The translations under genes and the position numbers were made by a program. Shown piece after piece: positions 42,711 through 51,689 of a stretch of 64,000 nucleotides of DNA (position 1 is its first letter; every line of letters starts with the position of its first letter). Origin of the DNA: an uncultured Bacteroidia bacterium (GTDB lineage Bacteria; Bacteroidota; Bacteroidia; NS11-12g; UBA9320); the NCBI GenBank assembly GCA_943846675.1, contig OX044357.1, positions 1,991,073 to 2,055,072 on the forward strand, in the 5' to 3' direction. Under the pieces are notes generated by a model that was not told the origin of the DNA, did no database searches, and worked only from the letters and a program-made list of their open reading frames with translations.

Positions 42711-43398
42711 AGTATTTGTTTGCTTTATGGTAGTCGTCAGGAATGCCAATGTCTATAAAATATCCATCCGACTTGAAACCTTCTAACTTTATTTGGCCAA
42801 CCATTTTTTCCATAAAATCGACCTCCATCGAGAATCGCTTGGCCTGCGTTTTATTCAAAAACAATTCTTTGTCTAGTGCGTAAATTCCGCCATTAATCCA
42901 ACCAGATTTCAAGGTTTCAGATTTTTCGGAAAACCCAATTATTTCTGATTGATCTAACTCTACCATGCCGTAACGGTTAACCATATCCATATGCTTTAAT
43001 GCAATGGTCATGCCGTTTTTGTTGCTGTTATGTTCATTGACAAATTTGTCGATGTCGACATCAAAATACGTATCACCGTTACAGATTAAGAGTGTATCCG
43101 CAGAGCATGCTTCAGCAGCCAATCGGATGCCGCCGCCTGTTCCAAGTGGCTCTTTTTCAACAACATACTCTAAATTCAGGTGTTTGTACTTGGTGCCGAA
43201 ATAACTTTCAACTACCTCGTGTTTGTACCCAACAGATAGTTTCACCTCTGTAATGTCGAAACTACACAGTTGTTTCAATATATAGGTCAAAAATGGTTTG
43301 TTGGCTACAAGTGCCATCGGTTTAGGGATGTCTGAGATCACCGATTTTAATCTGGTGCCCATTCCTCCGGCTAGTATAATGGCATCTGCTGGCATCAA
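42700..43398 (-). CDS. hddC: Heptose-1-phosphate guanylyltransferase (HddC-like nucleotidyltransferase)
   Basis: ILAGGMGTRL...PKPM, EPLGTGG, NGDT, FIDIGIPDDY; between hddA and gmhB. Confidence 0.82.
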   Translation of the reverse strand: MMPADAIILAGGMGTRLKSVISDIPKPMALVANKPFLTYILKQLCSFDITEVKLSVGYKHEVVESYFGTKYKHLNLEYVVEKEPLGTGGGIRLAAEACSADTLLICNGDTYFDVDIDKFVNEHNSNKNGMTIALKHMDMVNRYGMVELDQSEIIGFSEKSETLKSGWINGGIYALDKELFLNKTQAKRFSMEVDFMEKMVGQIKLEGFKSDGYFIDIGIPDDYHKANKYFGK

Positions 43399-44420
43399 TC
43401 TATATAATAGCTGTAAAGACCAGACATAGCAAACTCGTATGGCGTAACTTTAATATCCAGGGTAGAAATTGCTTTGATGACTTCAAAACGCGTGTTGTTT
43501 GGACAATAAAAGAACATAAAACCACCACCACCTGCGCCAGAGATTTTCCCTCCTATGGCTCCAGCTTCCATGGCCGTTTGATACATTTGCTCAATTTCGG
43601 GATTCGTGATTCCCTCCGCCATTTGTTTTTTGTATTCCCAACCGACGTTTAAAATATTACCAATTTTATCGAGCTCTCCTTTCAATAATGCTTCTTTCAT
43701 CTTTATGCTCTGCTCCTTTACTTTAAGCGTAGCATCAATTTGGTTTTTCTCTTGCTGATTGATGGCCTTAGCTTGCTTATCAATAATCTTAGCTGATTCA
43801 CGGCTCGTTCCGGTATAAAAAAGTACCATGTTGTGTTGTAGCTCGTTAACATACTTCGTTTTAACACGCAATGGATTCACGATTACCTTGTCATCTTTAT
43901 AGAATTCCATAAAGTTAAAACCACCGAAGGTGGCTGCATATTGGTCTTGCCTCCCTCCTGCTAGTCCTAAATCGATACGTTCGATTTCGTAGGCTAAATG
44001 CGCAACATCGTATTCGCCCAGTGGCAGCTTTAGCCAATGCGCAAAAGCCCCAATGATAGCTACAACTAAGGTAGATGATGAGCCCAACCCCGAACCTGGA
44101 GGTGCATCAACATAGGTTTGAAGGGTAAATGATAATGGCTCCTCCAAGTAATCCTTAGCTATTCGGTTATACACCCCTTTCAGCAAATCGAGTGTCCCAT
44201 CCAAAGGCAGTGTATTTGTTGATTCGAATTCTTGTGTTTTACCTTGATCTAAGGCAATTAATTCAATTCGATTCGAATTATTAGGAATGATTGTCGCATG
44301 GGCGTACAAATTTATTGTCGCATTTAGAATGCTTCCTCCATAAATATCTGCAAATGGGCTAACGTCTGTTCCACCACCTGCTAAACCAATGCGCAAAGGC
44401 GCTTTGCTTCTAATAATCAT
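43395..44420 (-). CDS. hddA: D-glycero-alpha-D-manno-heptose 7-phosphate kinase (GHMP)
   Basis: APLRIGLAGGGTD, PPGSGLGSSS, GGRQDQY, GAGGGG. Confidence 0.9.
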   Translation of the reverse strand: MIIRSKAPLRIGLAGGGTDVSPFADIYGGSILNATINLYAHATIIPNNSNRIELIALDQGKTQEFESTNTLPLDGTLDLLKGVYNRIAKDYLEEPLSFTLQTYVDAPPGSGLGSSSTLVVAIIGAFAHWLKLPLGEYDVAHLAYEIERIDLGLAGGRQDQYAATFGGFNFMEFYKDDKVIVNPLRVKTKYVNELQHNMVLFYTGTSRESAKIIDKQAKAINQQEKNQIDATLKVKEQSIKMKEALLKGELDKIGNILNVGWEYKKQMAEGITNPEIEQMYQTAMEAGAIGGKISGAGGGGFMFFYCPNNTRFEVIKAISTLDIKVTPYEFAMSGLYSYYID

Positions 44421-44463
44421 CGCTCAAATATAATTGGCTATGAGAGAAATTAAGGAATAAGAT

Positions 44464-46026
44464 TTACCGAATGCTATCGGTAACGTCAACTAAACGATAC
44501 GGATAATCCCAATCAGAATAATAAGCACGATCAGGCTCTAGTGTATAGTTGCCATCAAAGTATTTATTCATCACTACTTTGAAAGAATTAATCGGGCTAA
44601 TGGTGTCGTACAACATCGAATAATCTTGATCAGGAAAGTAGTAGGCATTTATGATCGAGAATCGCTCTTTAAAATCATTGTTCTCGTAGCCATGATTATT
44701 ACGTAACTCTGAGCAACTGCCATGATCACCTTGCAAAATAATAATGGGCGGCACCTTGGAGTCTGCAATAATCTTATTGATGAGATGTATAAGCTTTTTG
44801 TTTACAAACTGGAGTTGTTCGATATACCCGCGTTTGTAGTAACTGTTGTCTGTATTTGAATCAAGGGGCAACCAAATGTTATAGTTGTGCCCGGGTTGCA
44901 CCGGGTTCCCATCTTTGTCAAAAAGAAATGGTTGATGTGGTGCTAAGACATGTCCGTGTACATAGTACGGTGTATTCTTCTCTGGAATAGTTTCCATTAC
45001 ACGAAATGCTTCTAATATTTTTCTTCGGTGAAAATCTTCAGGAGAGTCTGTCACAATTGGCTTACGCCTGTTAAATGCTCTAATCACAGACATGTTTATC
45101 AGCTCGTTTTGATACAAACTAAACTGAGTACCTGGTGTTTGGTGAAACACATCAGCGTCTTTCAAATACACGACTTCAAACATCGACGCATCAAAAGAGA
45201 TGGATTTATACCCTTGCCCTCTAAGAATATTCAAGACACGGTTATTGTTCAACACATCGGCCATAGGCCATCTACTTTTATGCTCCTCGCCTAACACATC
45301 AACGATAGAATCAAGGTATGACATGTTAAGTGCCGAAGGTATGGACAGAACAGTTTGTCCATAGTTTGAAATGGCCTTATCAGCCACATAAAAGCCTTTT
45401 TCTTTTAGGTAATCCGTAAAGGCAGAGTTGTCAAAATCAAAATATTCCTTTAAAACACCATTGCTGGTGTAGGCGTCCATAACCAAATAGTATATGGTTG
45501 GTCTTACTTTTTGAATTTTGGTATTTCCTGTTTGCTCCTCTTGTGTGAACGTGGCTTCTTCGGTGCTTTGTGCTTTTCTCATAAAGTCAATTATGCCATA
45601 GAGGCTAAATACCAATAGCAAAAAAGACACAAAATTCAACAAGGAATTTAACTTAAAAAGCTTGCCCTTCGCCTTAATAAGCCTCCAGGAGGTTAATGTG
45701 ATTAAAGCTAAACTTGACCATTTATAAAAGTTGTGATCCCATCTAATGTTTTTAGGATAGAATGGAATTTCCCAGCTATAACAATGCTCGTAATAAGGTC
45801 CAAAACTTAACGCAAGTAGCATGATAAGTGACGTAAGCACCCCTGCCTTTACCCACGACTTGAAAACAAACCTTAACAAAACCGTCAGTACCACGGTTAC
45901 ACCAAGAATGACGAGTAACGGTTTCACTACGTCTGCAAAGCGCACAATTTCAATGTTTTGTGAATACAAAAACACCGGCGGGAATGCCGCAAAAAAGATA
46001 CTATGCCATGGTTTGTTCTTAAACAT
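44464..46026 (-). CDS. Membrane-anchored alkaline-phosphatase-superfamily protein (NoeB/LtaS-like)
   Basis: ~5 N-terminal TMs, YLVMDAY, SNYGQTVLS (Thr nucleophile position, no CxPxR), PHQPF, QGDHG. Confidence 0.75.
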   Translation of the reverse strand: MFKNKPWHSIFFAAFPPVFLYSQNIEIVRFADVVKPLLVILGVTVVLTVLLRFVFKSWVKAGVLTSLIMLLALSFGPYYEHCYSWEIPFYPKNIRWDHNFYKWSSLALITLTSWRLIKAKGKLFKLNSLLNFVSFLLLVFSLYGIIDFMRKAQSTEEATFTQEEQTGNTKIQKVRPTIYYLVMDAYTSNGVLKEYFDFDNSAFTDYLKEKGFYVADKAISNYGQTVLSIPSALNMSYLDSIVDVLGEEHKSRWPMADVLNNNRVLNILRGQGYKSISFDASMFEVVYLKDADVFHQTPGTQFSLYQNELINMSVIRAFNRRKPIVTDSPEDFHRRKILEAFRVMETIPEKNTPYYVHGHVLAPHQPFLFDKDGNPVQPGHNYNIWLPLDSNTDNSYYKRGYIEQLQFVNKKLIHLINKIIADSKVPPIIILQGDHGSCSELRNNHGYENNDFKERFSIINAYYFPDQDYSMLYDTISPINSFKVVMNKYFDGNYTLEPDRAYYSDWDYPYRLVDVTDSIR

Positions 46027-47390
46027 TACCGTTTAGCCTTCAGTAGATATAATGTTCGAAGTGAATCTCCCACTTGTTCTTTTTTAACAATGTCGAAGAA
46101 CTGTGTAAATGCTTTTTCGAAACCATCTATATGGTAAGACAAAAAGATGTCTTCGCGTGTCGCCAATAAAATTTTGACTTGTGAATCTTCCTTGGGTACA
46201 AATTCGATAATGATGTGATTGCCAAGTCTTGAAAGATAATCTGCTACCTTTTCTAAAGGTACGTTGTTGCTTATAGCAATGTGATGAATAATGGCAAGTG
46301 CCATGACAACATCTGCCTTACCCCGTTGTTCAAGACTATCGCGCTCTTCATGTGCCCAGCCAATGCCTGTACTTGGATTGGTCAGATCTAATTGAAGTGG
46401 CAACATTGGAATGTTGTCTTGTTTTACACGGCGATAGTTTTTTTCGACCGCAATTGGATCTATATCAAACGCAACTGTTTCGATACCTTTCAGTGCCGCA
46501 ATAGAGCTAAAGGTGCCATCGTTTGCACCTAAATCCCAAACAGTTGATGGTTTGGCCTCGTCAATAAAGGCTGCAACCAAGTTTTTCTTTTCGTCAAAGC
46601 TTGAGTCCGAATAGTTTGTAAACGTGTAATACTCACCCCATTCTGTCCCTTTCGGGTTCCATTTCAAGCTTTTAACAGCGTTGACTAAGTTGTCTATCAA
46701 ACCCAGCATAGCCATTTTTGACACACCTTTACCCGCTTTTTGGTTCGTTTGTTTGCCCGCATACTTCTGCTGTGTTTTAGCATGCCAGTGTATATGCGTA
46801 GCCAACGAAAATTTGAATTTAGACTTTCTTGGCAACAGTGCCGATGCCAAATCCAAAGGAATGCCATCAATGTTAGCACTTAGCAAATCCAAGGTTCTAA
46901 TGTCTGTCATCGAAGCCAATGCAATTGGGGCTAAAAAGTGTTGACAGAATTGTTTGTAAGCAACCCAAGGTTTGCCTTCTTCGTACACCTCAAAAGATAA
47001 TGTATCTATAAAGACAGGTTTACCATTTACAAATTGCACATTGTACGCAGAAGCATCTTTTAAAGACATGCCTTTTTGCAATGCAGCCTTCTGAATGTAA
47101 AGCGTAAGCAATGCAGCGTCCTTAAGTTGGCCAAAAGACCATTCGTAAGGATATGATATGAATGGTAATCGTTCTGGCTTGATGGTTTTATATGCATCAG
47201 CATAAACGTTTTCGACCTCTTGATGTTGGATAAGAAAATTTTTCTTGACCAAACTGTCGTACAAACCAGAATCGTGCATTAAGTCAAATTCCTCTGCACC
47301 AATTATGTTTATTTGTCGGAGTATCTCTCCTTGAGAAGATGTAAAGATGAAGCCTGCCGGATCTCTAAACGACGCGTTTAACTTATTCAT
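46026..47390 (-). CDS. NoeA-like protein: kinase-like N-domain plus SAM-dependent methyltransferase
   Basis: SFRDP.G, ISYPYEW, LKDASAYN, FIDTLS; C-terminal WDLGANDG.FS, DID, LAIIHH. Confidence 0.82.
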   Translation of the reverse strand: MNKLNASFRDPAGFIFTSSQGEILRQINIIGAEEFDLMHDSGLYDSLVKKNFLIQHQEVENVYADAYKTIKPERLPFISYPYEWSFGQLKDAALLTLYIQKAALQKGMSLKDASAYNVQFVNGKPVFIDTLSFEVYEEGKPWVAYKQFCQHFLAPIALASMTDIRTLDLLSANIDGIPLDLASALLPRKSKFKFSLATHIHWHAKTQQKYAGKQTNQKAGKGVSKMAMLGLIDNLVNAVKSLKWNPKGTEWGEYYTFTNYSDSSFDEKKNLVAAFIDEAKPSTVWDLGANDGTFSSIAALKGIETVAFDIDPIAVEKNYRRVKQDNIPMLPLQLDLTNPSTGIGWAHEERDSLEQRGKADVVMALAIIHHIAISNNVPLEKVADYLSRLGNHIIIEFVPKEDSQVKILLATREDIFLSYHIDGFEKAFTQFFDIVKKEQVGDSLRTLYLLKAKR

Positions 47391-47610
47391 CGTCAGAATC
47401 TTTTAAAGAATCATCTTCGGTTGAAGAATTGCCTTTAAAAAAGTTCACAATTTTGGCCCAGTATAGTTTAATGGCATACAGACTGCCTAAAATACCGGCG
47501 ATTAACATTTGCAAAATGTAACTTCCTGACCCTGGATCTAAGTACGCGAACGCTGAGTTGGTAAAGCTTAGAACGAATACGAGCAGGAGTAATGTACTTT
47601 TAGATTTCAT
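47383..47610 (-). CDS. Small membrane protein with signal-like leader and YLDPGSGS motif
   Basis: MKSKSTLLL...AFA|YLDPGSGSYILQMLIAG..; TACTTTTG box at 47626-47633 (-) supports start at 47610. Confidence 0.8.
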   Translation of the reverse strand: MKSKSTLLLLVFVLSFTNSAFAYLDPGSGSYILQMLIAGILGSLYAIKLYWAKIVNFFKGNSSTEDDSLKDSDDE

Positions 47611-47810
47611 ACCTATTTCTTGCTGCAAAAGTAGAAAAAAAGGGTAACATATATTACCCTATTGTTAACAGGAGGTTATGGGATTGTATTCGCTATGGGA
47701 ATTTGCTGTAAACGGCTGTTTTAATTGACTGACAGACGCAAGACTAATTGACTGATGACGGTTTGTATATTTTTAATTGAAAAACATTGGTTCTTGATAA
47801 TAAAGAATAC

Positions 47811-47818
47811 TAATTTTG
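47811..47818 (+). promoter_or_regulatory. -7 promoter box of tRNA-Met
   Basis: TAATTTTG followed by CA. Confidence 0.65.
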
Positions 47819-47874
47819 CACACCTTTTGGCGAGGTATCCGCCAGTAGGCGGAGCAGGATACCAAAAGAATAAT

Positions 47875-47948
47875 GGCGAGGTAGCTCAGACGGTTAGAGC
47901 GCAGGATTCATAACCCTGAGGTCGGCAGTTCGATTCTGCTCCTCGCTA
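47875..47948 (+). tRNA. tRNA-Met (anticodon CAT, probably elongator; CCA not encoded)
   Basis: GGCGAGG/CCTCGCT acceptor stem, D arm AGCTCAG..GG.TAGAGC, TTCATAA anticodon loop, GTTCGA T loop. Confidence 0.95.
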
Positions 47949-47951
47949 CTA
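47928..47951 (+). repeat. att core copy 1 (tRNA 3' end)
   Basis: GTTCGATTCTGCTCCTCGCTACTA, identical to 59839-59862. Confidence 0.93.
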
Positions 47952-48003
47952 GCTCTTCGGAGCTAAACGAAATTCCCTGGCTGTACCAAGTCGGGGTTTT
48001 TTG
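47951..48003 (+). terminator. Hairpins / intrinsic terminator after the tRNA
   Basis: AGCTC-TTCG-GAGCT, then CCCTGGCT...AGTCGGGG followed by a T-run. Confidence 0.6.
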
Positions 48004-48121
48004 TGTCTAAAATTTCAACGAACCCTTACCTGTCAAGGGATTTGACGGCAGTTTATCTTTGTTAGTTACCACTCAAATTGCAAAGCAATTCTTCAATAAT
48101 CTAGGAGTTGCTTTTTAATGT

Positions 48122-48140
48122 GGTTACATATAGTCGACAA
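48122..48140 (+). repeat. 19-bp direct repeat, candidate integrase arm site (left)
   Basis: GGTTACATATAGTCGACAA, identical to 59700-59718. Confidence 0.8.
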
Positions 48141-48214
48141 TAACCGCTTTTAGACCTTGTACGTCTTCAGCGAAAGTTGAACTTTTTGAGTTAAAAACTA
48201 AGAGAGAGTTCATG

Positions 48215-49189
48215 CTAATTTAGTTTAAATTTCTGATACTGTTTTTTACGAGCCTTAAGTGTCCTGATTTTGGTCTTTTTCCTTTGCTTCAATTTCACTT
48301 CGCCTTTTCCGTAGTAAACCTCAGCAGGAGTTAAGTTCTGCAAAGATTCGTGGTAGCGTTTGTAGTTGTAATACTCCACGAACTCGTTGAGTTTTCTTTC
48401 CAGTTGTTCAGGACTAAAATAATTGTCTAGTTTGACCACATTCTTCATGGATCGGTGATAGCGTTCTATCTTTCCTTGGGTCTGTGGATGTAACGGACGG
48501 CCTCTAATATGCTCCATATTTTGATTGCCAAGATATTCTGCAAGTTCGTTTGAGATATAACAAGATCCATTATCAGATAGTAGTTTTGGCTTGTTGGTCT
48601 GTGACACCTCAGAGGCCAATAAGGCTTGATCTAGGGTATCTTTCACGTCTTGTGCCTTCATGCTAGAGCACAGCCTCCAGTTGACTATAAATCGACTATA
48701 GTCATCTAATATGGTTGACAGGTAATACCAACCCCAACCGAAGATCTTGAAGTAAGTGAAGTCCGTCTGCCACATCTGGTTGACTCGTGTGGTTTTATCC
48801 TTAAAACTGTCCGAAGCACTCATGATTCTAAAGGATGGTGTGGTTATTAATCCATTTTCTTTTAGTATGCGATAAACACTAGATTCGCTGATGTAATAGC
48901 TGTACGTATCGGTAATATGCCAGGCCACTTCACGTGACGAAAGCTCTGGCCTTTCTAAAGCTATCTCAACTACCTTGTCCCGGTCTTGCTCATTGATTCT
49001 ATTCCAAGAACCTTGCCTTTTGCTGGGCTTACGTGCCAGTCCTTCATAGCCTAACTCGGTGTAAGCTCTGTACCAGTTGTAAAATGTTGTTTTGTTAATT
49101 TTAAGCTCTCTCAGAGTGCGGATAACACCCAAATCTGATTGCTCTACAAGTTGAATCAACTCGTATTTCTCTTGTTGACTGTAATGCAT
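48215..49189 (-). CDS. IS3 transposase OrfB (DDE/rve)
   Basis: WQTDFTY, ILDDYSR, LSDNG, GKIERYHR. Confidence 0.93.
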   Translation of the reverse strand: MHYSQQEKYELIQLVEQSDLGVIRTLRELKINKTTFYNWYRAYTELGYEGLARKPSKRQGSWNRINEQDRDKVVEIALERPELSSREVAWHITDTYSYYISESSVYRILKENGLITTPSFRIMSASDSFKDKTTRVNQMWQTDFTYFKIFGWGWYYLSTILDDYSRFIVNWRLCSSMKAQDVKDTLDQALLASEVSQTNKPKLLSDNGSCYISNELAEYLGNQNMEHIRGRPLHPQTQGKIERYHRSMKNVVKLDNYFSPEQLERKLNEFVEYYNYKRYHESLQNLTPAEVYYGKGEVKLKQRKKTKIRTLKARKKQYQKFKLN

Positions 49190-49200
49190 ATACTTGGGCC

Positions 49201-49551
49201 TTATGAGTCTTCTCCATTTACGTTTTTTTTCAAAGTTCTTACCTCTAGGGATAGTTCAGCTACCAGTTCTTTTAATGAACGGTTTTCCCCCTTGAGCTCT
49301 TGAACTTCTGTAGTGCTGGCCTCACGCATGGTATCGCCTGTTAAACGACGTTTGCCTGCTTCCATGAAGTCTTTGGCCCACTTGTAATAGTTGCCCTGGC
49401 TAATACCTTCTTTTCGACATAACTCGGCAATCGTGGTTTCTCCACGCATACCTTCAATAATGATTCTAATCTTTTCTTCTGAACTGTAGACCTTTCTAGT
49501 CTTTCTTTTTAATTCACTGATCAGTGAACTTGTACTTTTCTTCTTTACCAT
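49201..49551 (-). CDS. IS3 transposase OrfA (HTH)
   Basis: YSSEEKIRI..EG.RGE..IAELCRKEGI....YYKW; ends in LKKN over an A8C slippery run. Confidence 0.92.
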   Translation of the reverse strand: MVKKKSTSSLISELKRKTRKVYSSEEKIRIIIEGMRGETTIAELCRKEGISQGNYYKWAKDFMEAGKRRLTGDTMREASTTEVQELKGENRSLKELVAELSLEVRTLKKNVNGEDS

Positions 49552-49675
49552 CTCTGGGTGATTTAAAGGGTTATAAATATATTAAAACCTCTCTCTTAAA
49601 TCTTTACCCTTAATAGTTCACTTTTTGCTGACGGTATACATGGTAATAGCCTGGATTTAATAATATCTTTACCTC

Positions 49676-50758
49676 GTGAAATTCATTATATTCTCTTTAC
49701 TTCTTATCCCAAACGTACTTTCTGCACAGGACAGTACTTACTATCTACCTGCTCATAACAAGCAGGATGACTCATTGAAGTTTGAACTGAATCAAATAAT
49801 TAAGAATCATACAGAATTTACCTATACCGCATCATCATCAACAGATGTATGGGATATTCTTAAACACACAGATAAGGACACTGCCAATGCAAATAATGTT
49901 ATCTTAATATATTCACAGAGGAGTGTTGATGCTGCACAAGAGTATAATAGTGGGTCTGGCTGGAGTCGGGAACACGTTTGGGCAAAATCTAGAGGAGATT
50001 TTGGCACAAGCAACGGTGCAGGGACAGATGTTCATCATTTAAGACCTTGTGACATTAGTGTCAACTCCACAAGGAATAATAGAAATTTCGATACGTGCAT
50101 TACTTGCTTAGATGTAATAGATAATGGCTTTAATACAGGGTCTAAGCGTGATGCTGATTTATGGACATTTGAACCACCTGACGCAGTCAAAGGAGATGTA
50201 GCACGAATGATATTCTATATGGCTGTCAGATACGAAGGAGGAGGCTCTGAGCCTGATTTAGAGTTAACGAACACATTACTTAACAATACCGACCAAAGTC
50301 CCTTACAAGCTCGCTTAAACACACTCCTTCATTGGAATAGGATTGATACAGTTAGCAACTGGGAACGTAATAGAAATAACATCATCGATAGCTTTTACCA
50401 GCACAACCGCAATCCTTTTATTGATTATCCTGAACTAGCTGAATATTTATGGGGTGATAGTATTGGCGCAATATGGATGCCCGAGCAATCGGATACAAGT
50501 ATAGGAGCTAGTATGTCTGAGTTTTCTAGTAGCGAAGTTAGACTTTATCCTAATCCAGCTCAACATCAAATTACTATAAGTCATTCTAATTTAAGTATAG
50601 ACTCCTATGCGATACTGAATTATTTGGGACAAAATATGATAGAGAATGCACTTGAATCTAATGTTGTGGATGTATCTGCTTTGCCAAAAGGAAGCTATGT
50701 TCTGGTGCTAAGAGACCGTAATCGTAATATAATCTACTTCAAGAAGTTTTTAAAGTAA
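49676..50758 (+). CDS. Secreted endonuclease I family nuclease with T9SS type A CTD
   Basis: WSREHVWAKS, DVHHLRP, KGDVARMIFYMAVRY, Q.NRNPFIDYP; CTD LYPNPA...G.Y.L...KKFLK. Confidence 0.9.
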   Translation: MKFIIFSLLLIPNVLSAQDSTYYLPAHNKQDDSLKFELNQIIKNHTEFTYTASSSTDVWDILKHTDKDTANANNVILIYSQRSVDAAQEYNSGSGWSREHVWAKSRGDFGTSNGAGTDVHHLRPCDISVNSTRNNRNFDTCITCLDVIDNGFNTGSKRDADLWTFEPPDAVKGDVARMIFYMAVRYEGGGSEPDLELTNTLLNNTDQSPLQARLNTLLHWNRIDTVSNWERNRNNIIDSFYQHNRNPFIDYPELAEYLWGDSIGAIWMPEQSDTSIGASMSEFSSSEVRLYPNPAQHQITISHSNLSIDSYAILNYLGQNMIENALESNVVDVSALPKGSYVLVLRDRNRNIIYFKKFLK

Positions 50759-51154
50759 TTTATTCATTAACATCAATTGGTGGTTCATATTAGTTCTTCC
50801 CTATGTTTTGTTTAGGGTACTAAAAAAGGGGTTATGCGTCAGCACTAGTTGAGGCTTTATAATTACTCTTTTCAAAATTCTCATGTTTTTGAAAATCCAT
50901 TCCCGCTCCAGGATTTGTTAAAAGCATAAAAAGTGGCTTAGATCCATTTTTTAAAATAAAATACGGTTCTGGAGCTCTCATAATAAGGGTTTATTCCTAT
51001 GGGGTGTGATGTGATGGTTGCGCCCCTTTTTAATGTGTTGTTGCGCCATCACAAGTTCGACAACAGTCTGAACCCCTCTACTTTGTCTAAATTTCGGAAT
51101 GTTTTTTTTGTTTTTATAGACTAAACTCTCTTTTTTTGTTAGAAAATAAGCTCT

Positions 51155-51685
51155 ATGAGGCATAAACATATATTCACTTTTCTACTGATTCTTGGAATAA
51201 CAGAAATAGTTCAAGCTCAAGACTTAATTGTGCATTTCAATGACAATACTTCTACATCCTATGCAGTAAAGGAGGTAAGATCTCTTACTTTTTCTGCAGA
51301 TAGTCTTAATGTCACTACCAAAGAAGGTGTAATACACAGTTGGTCTTTTAACTTTGTCAATTATTACAAATACGGCAAGACAGATTCTACGAGCAGCACT
51401 TCGGACTTGGAAAAGAAGAATTCGAATCTGCTTATCTATCCGAATCCATCACAGGGAGTTTTAAACTTGAATTTTGTTAATATCAATGCTCCAAAAGGAA
51501 AGGCATATGAGGTGATAGTTTATAACCAAACAGGTAAAATAGTGGTGCGAAAAAGTTATGTCTCGAATACAGCTAAAAAAGAGAAGCAACAATTGAATCT
51601 AAATATATTGACCAACGGCAATTATATCTGTGAAGTTCGAATGGAACACTATACGATAAGACAATCATTTATTTTAAATAAATAG
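51155..51685 (+). CDS. Small T9SS type A substrate (short N-domain plus CTD)
   Basis: Signal peptide, IYPNPS...NGNYI...FILNK. Confidence 0.82.
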   Translation: MRHKHIFTFLLILGITEIVQAQDLIVHFNDNTSTSYAVKEVRSLTFSADSLNVTTKEGVIHSWSFNFVNYYKYGKTDSTSSTSDLEKKNSNLLIYPNPSQGVLNLNFVNINAPKGKAYEVIVYNQTGKIVVRKSYVSNTAKKEKQQLNLNILTNGNYICEVRMEHYTIRQSFILNK

Positions 51686-51689
51686 TACA

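Larger units (their letters stand above)
48158..49640 (-). mobile_element. IS3-family insertion sequence, apparently complete (~1.48 kb)
   Basis: TG...CA ends with imperfect IRs (TGTACGTCTTCAGCGAAAGTTGAACT / TGTATACCGTCAGCAAAAAGTGAACT), orfA and orfB; no target duplication seen. Confidence 0.9.

Noticed and set aside
44464-46026. Call as a true sulfatase
   Set aside because: Lacks the C/SxPxR formylglycine motif; Thr at the nucleophile position points to a phosphotransferase-type enzyme.
10044-46944. Numerous 60-190 aa antisense or overlapping ORFs inside core genes
   Set aside because: Shadow ORFs opposite well-supported genes, with no recognisable motifs.
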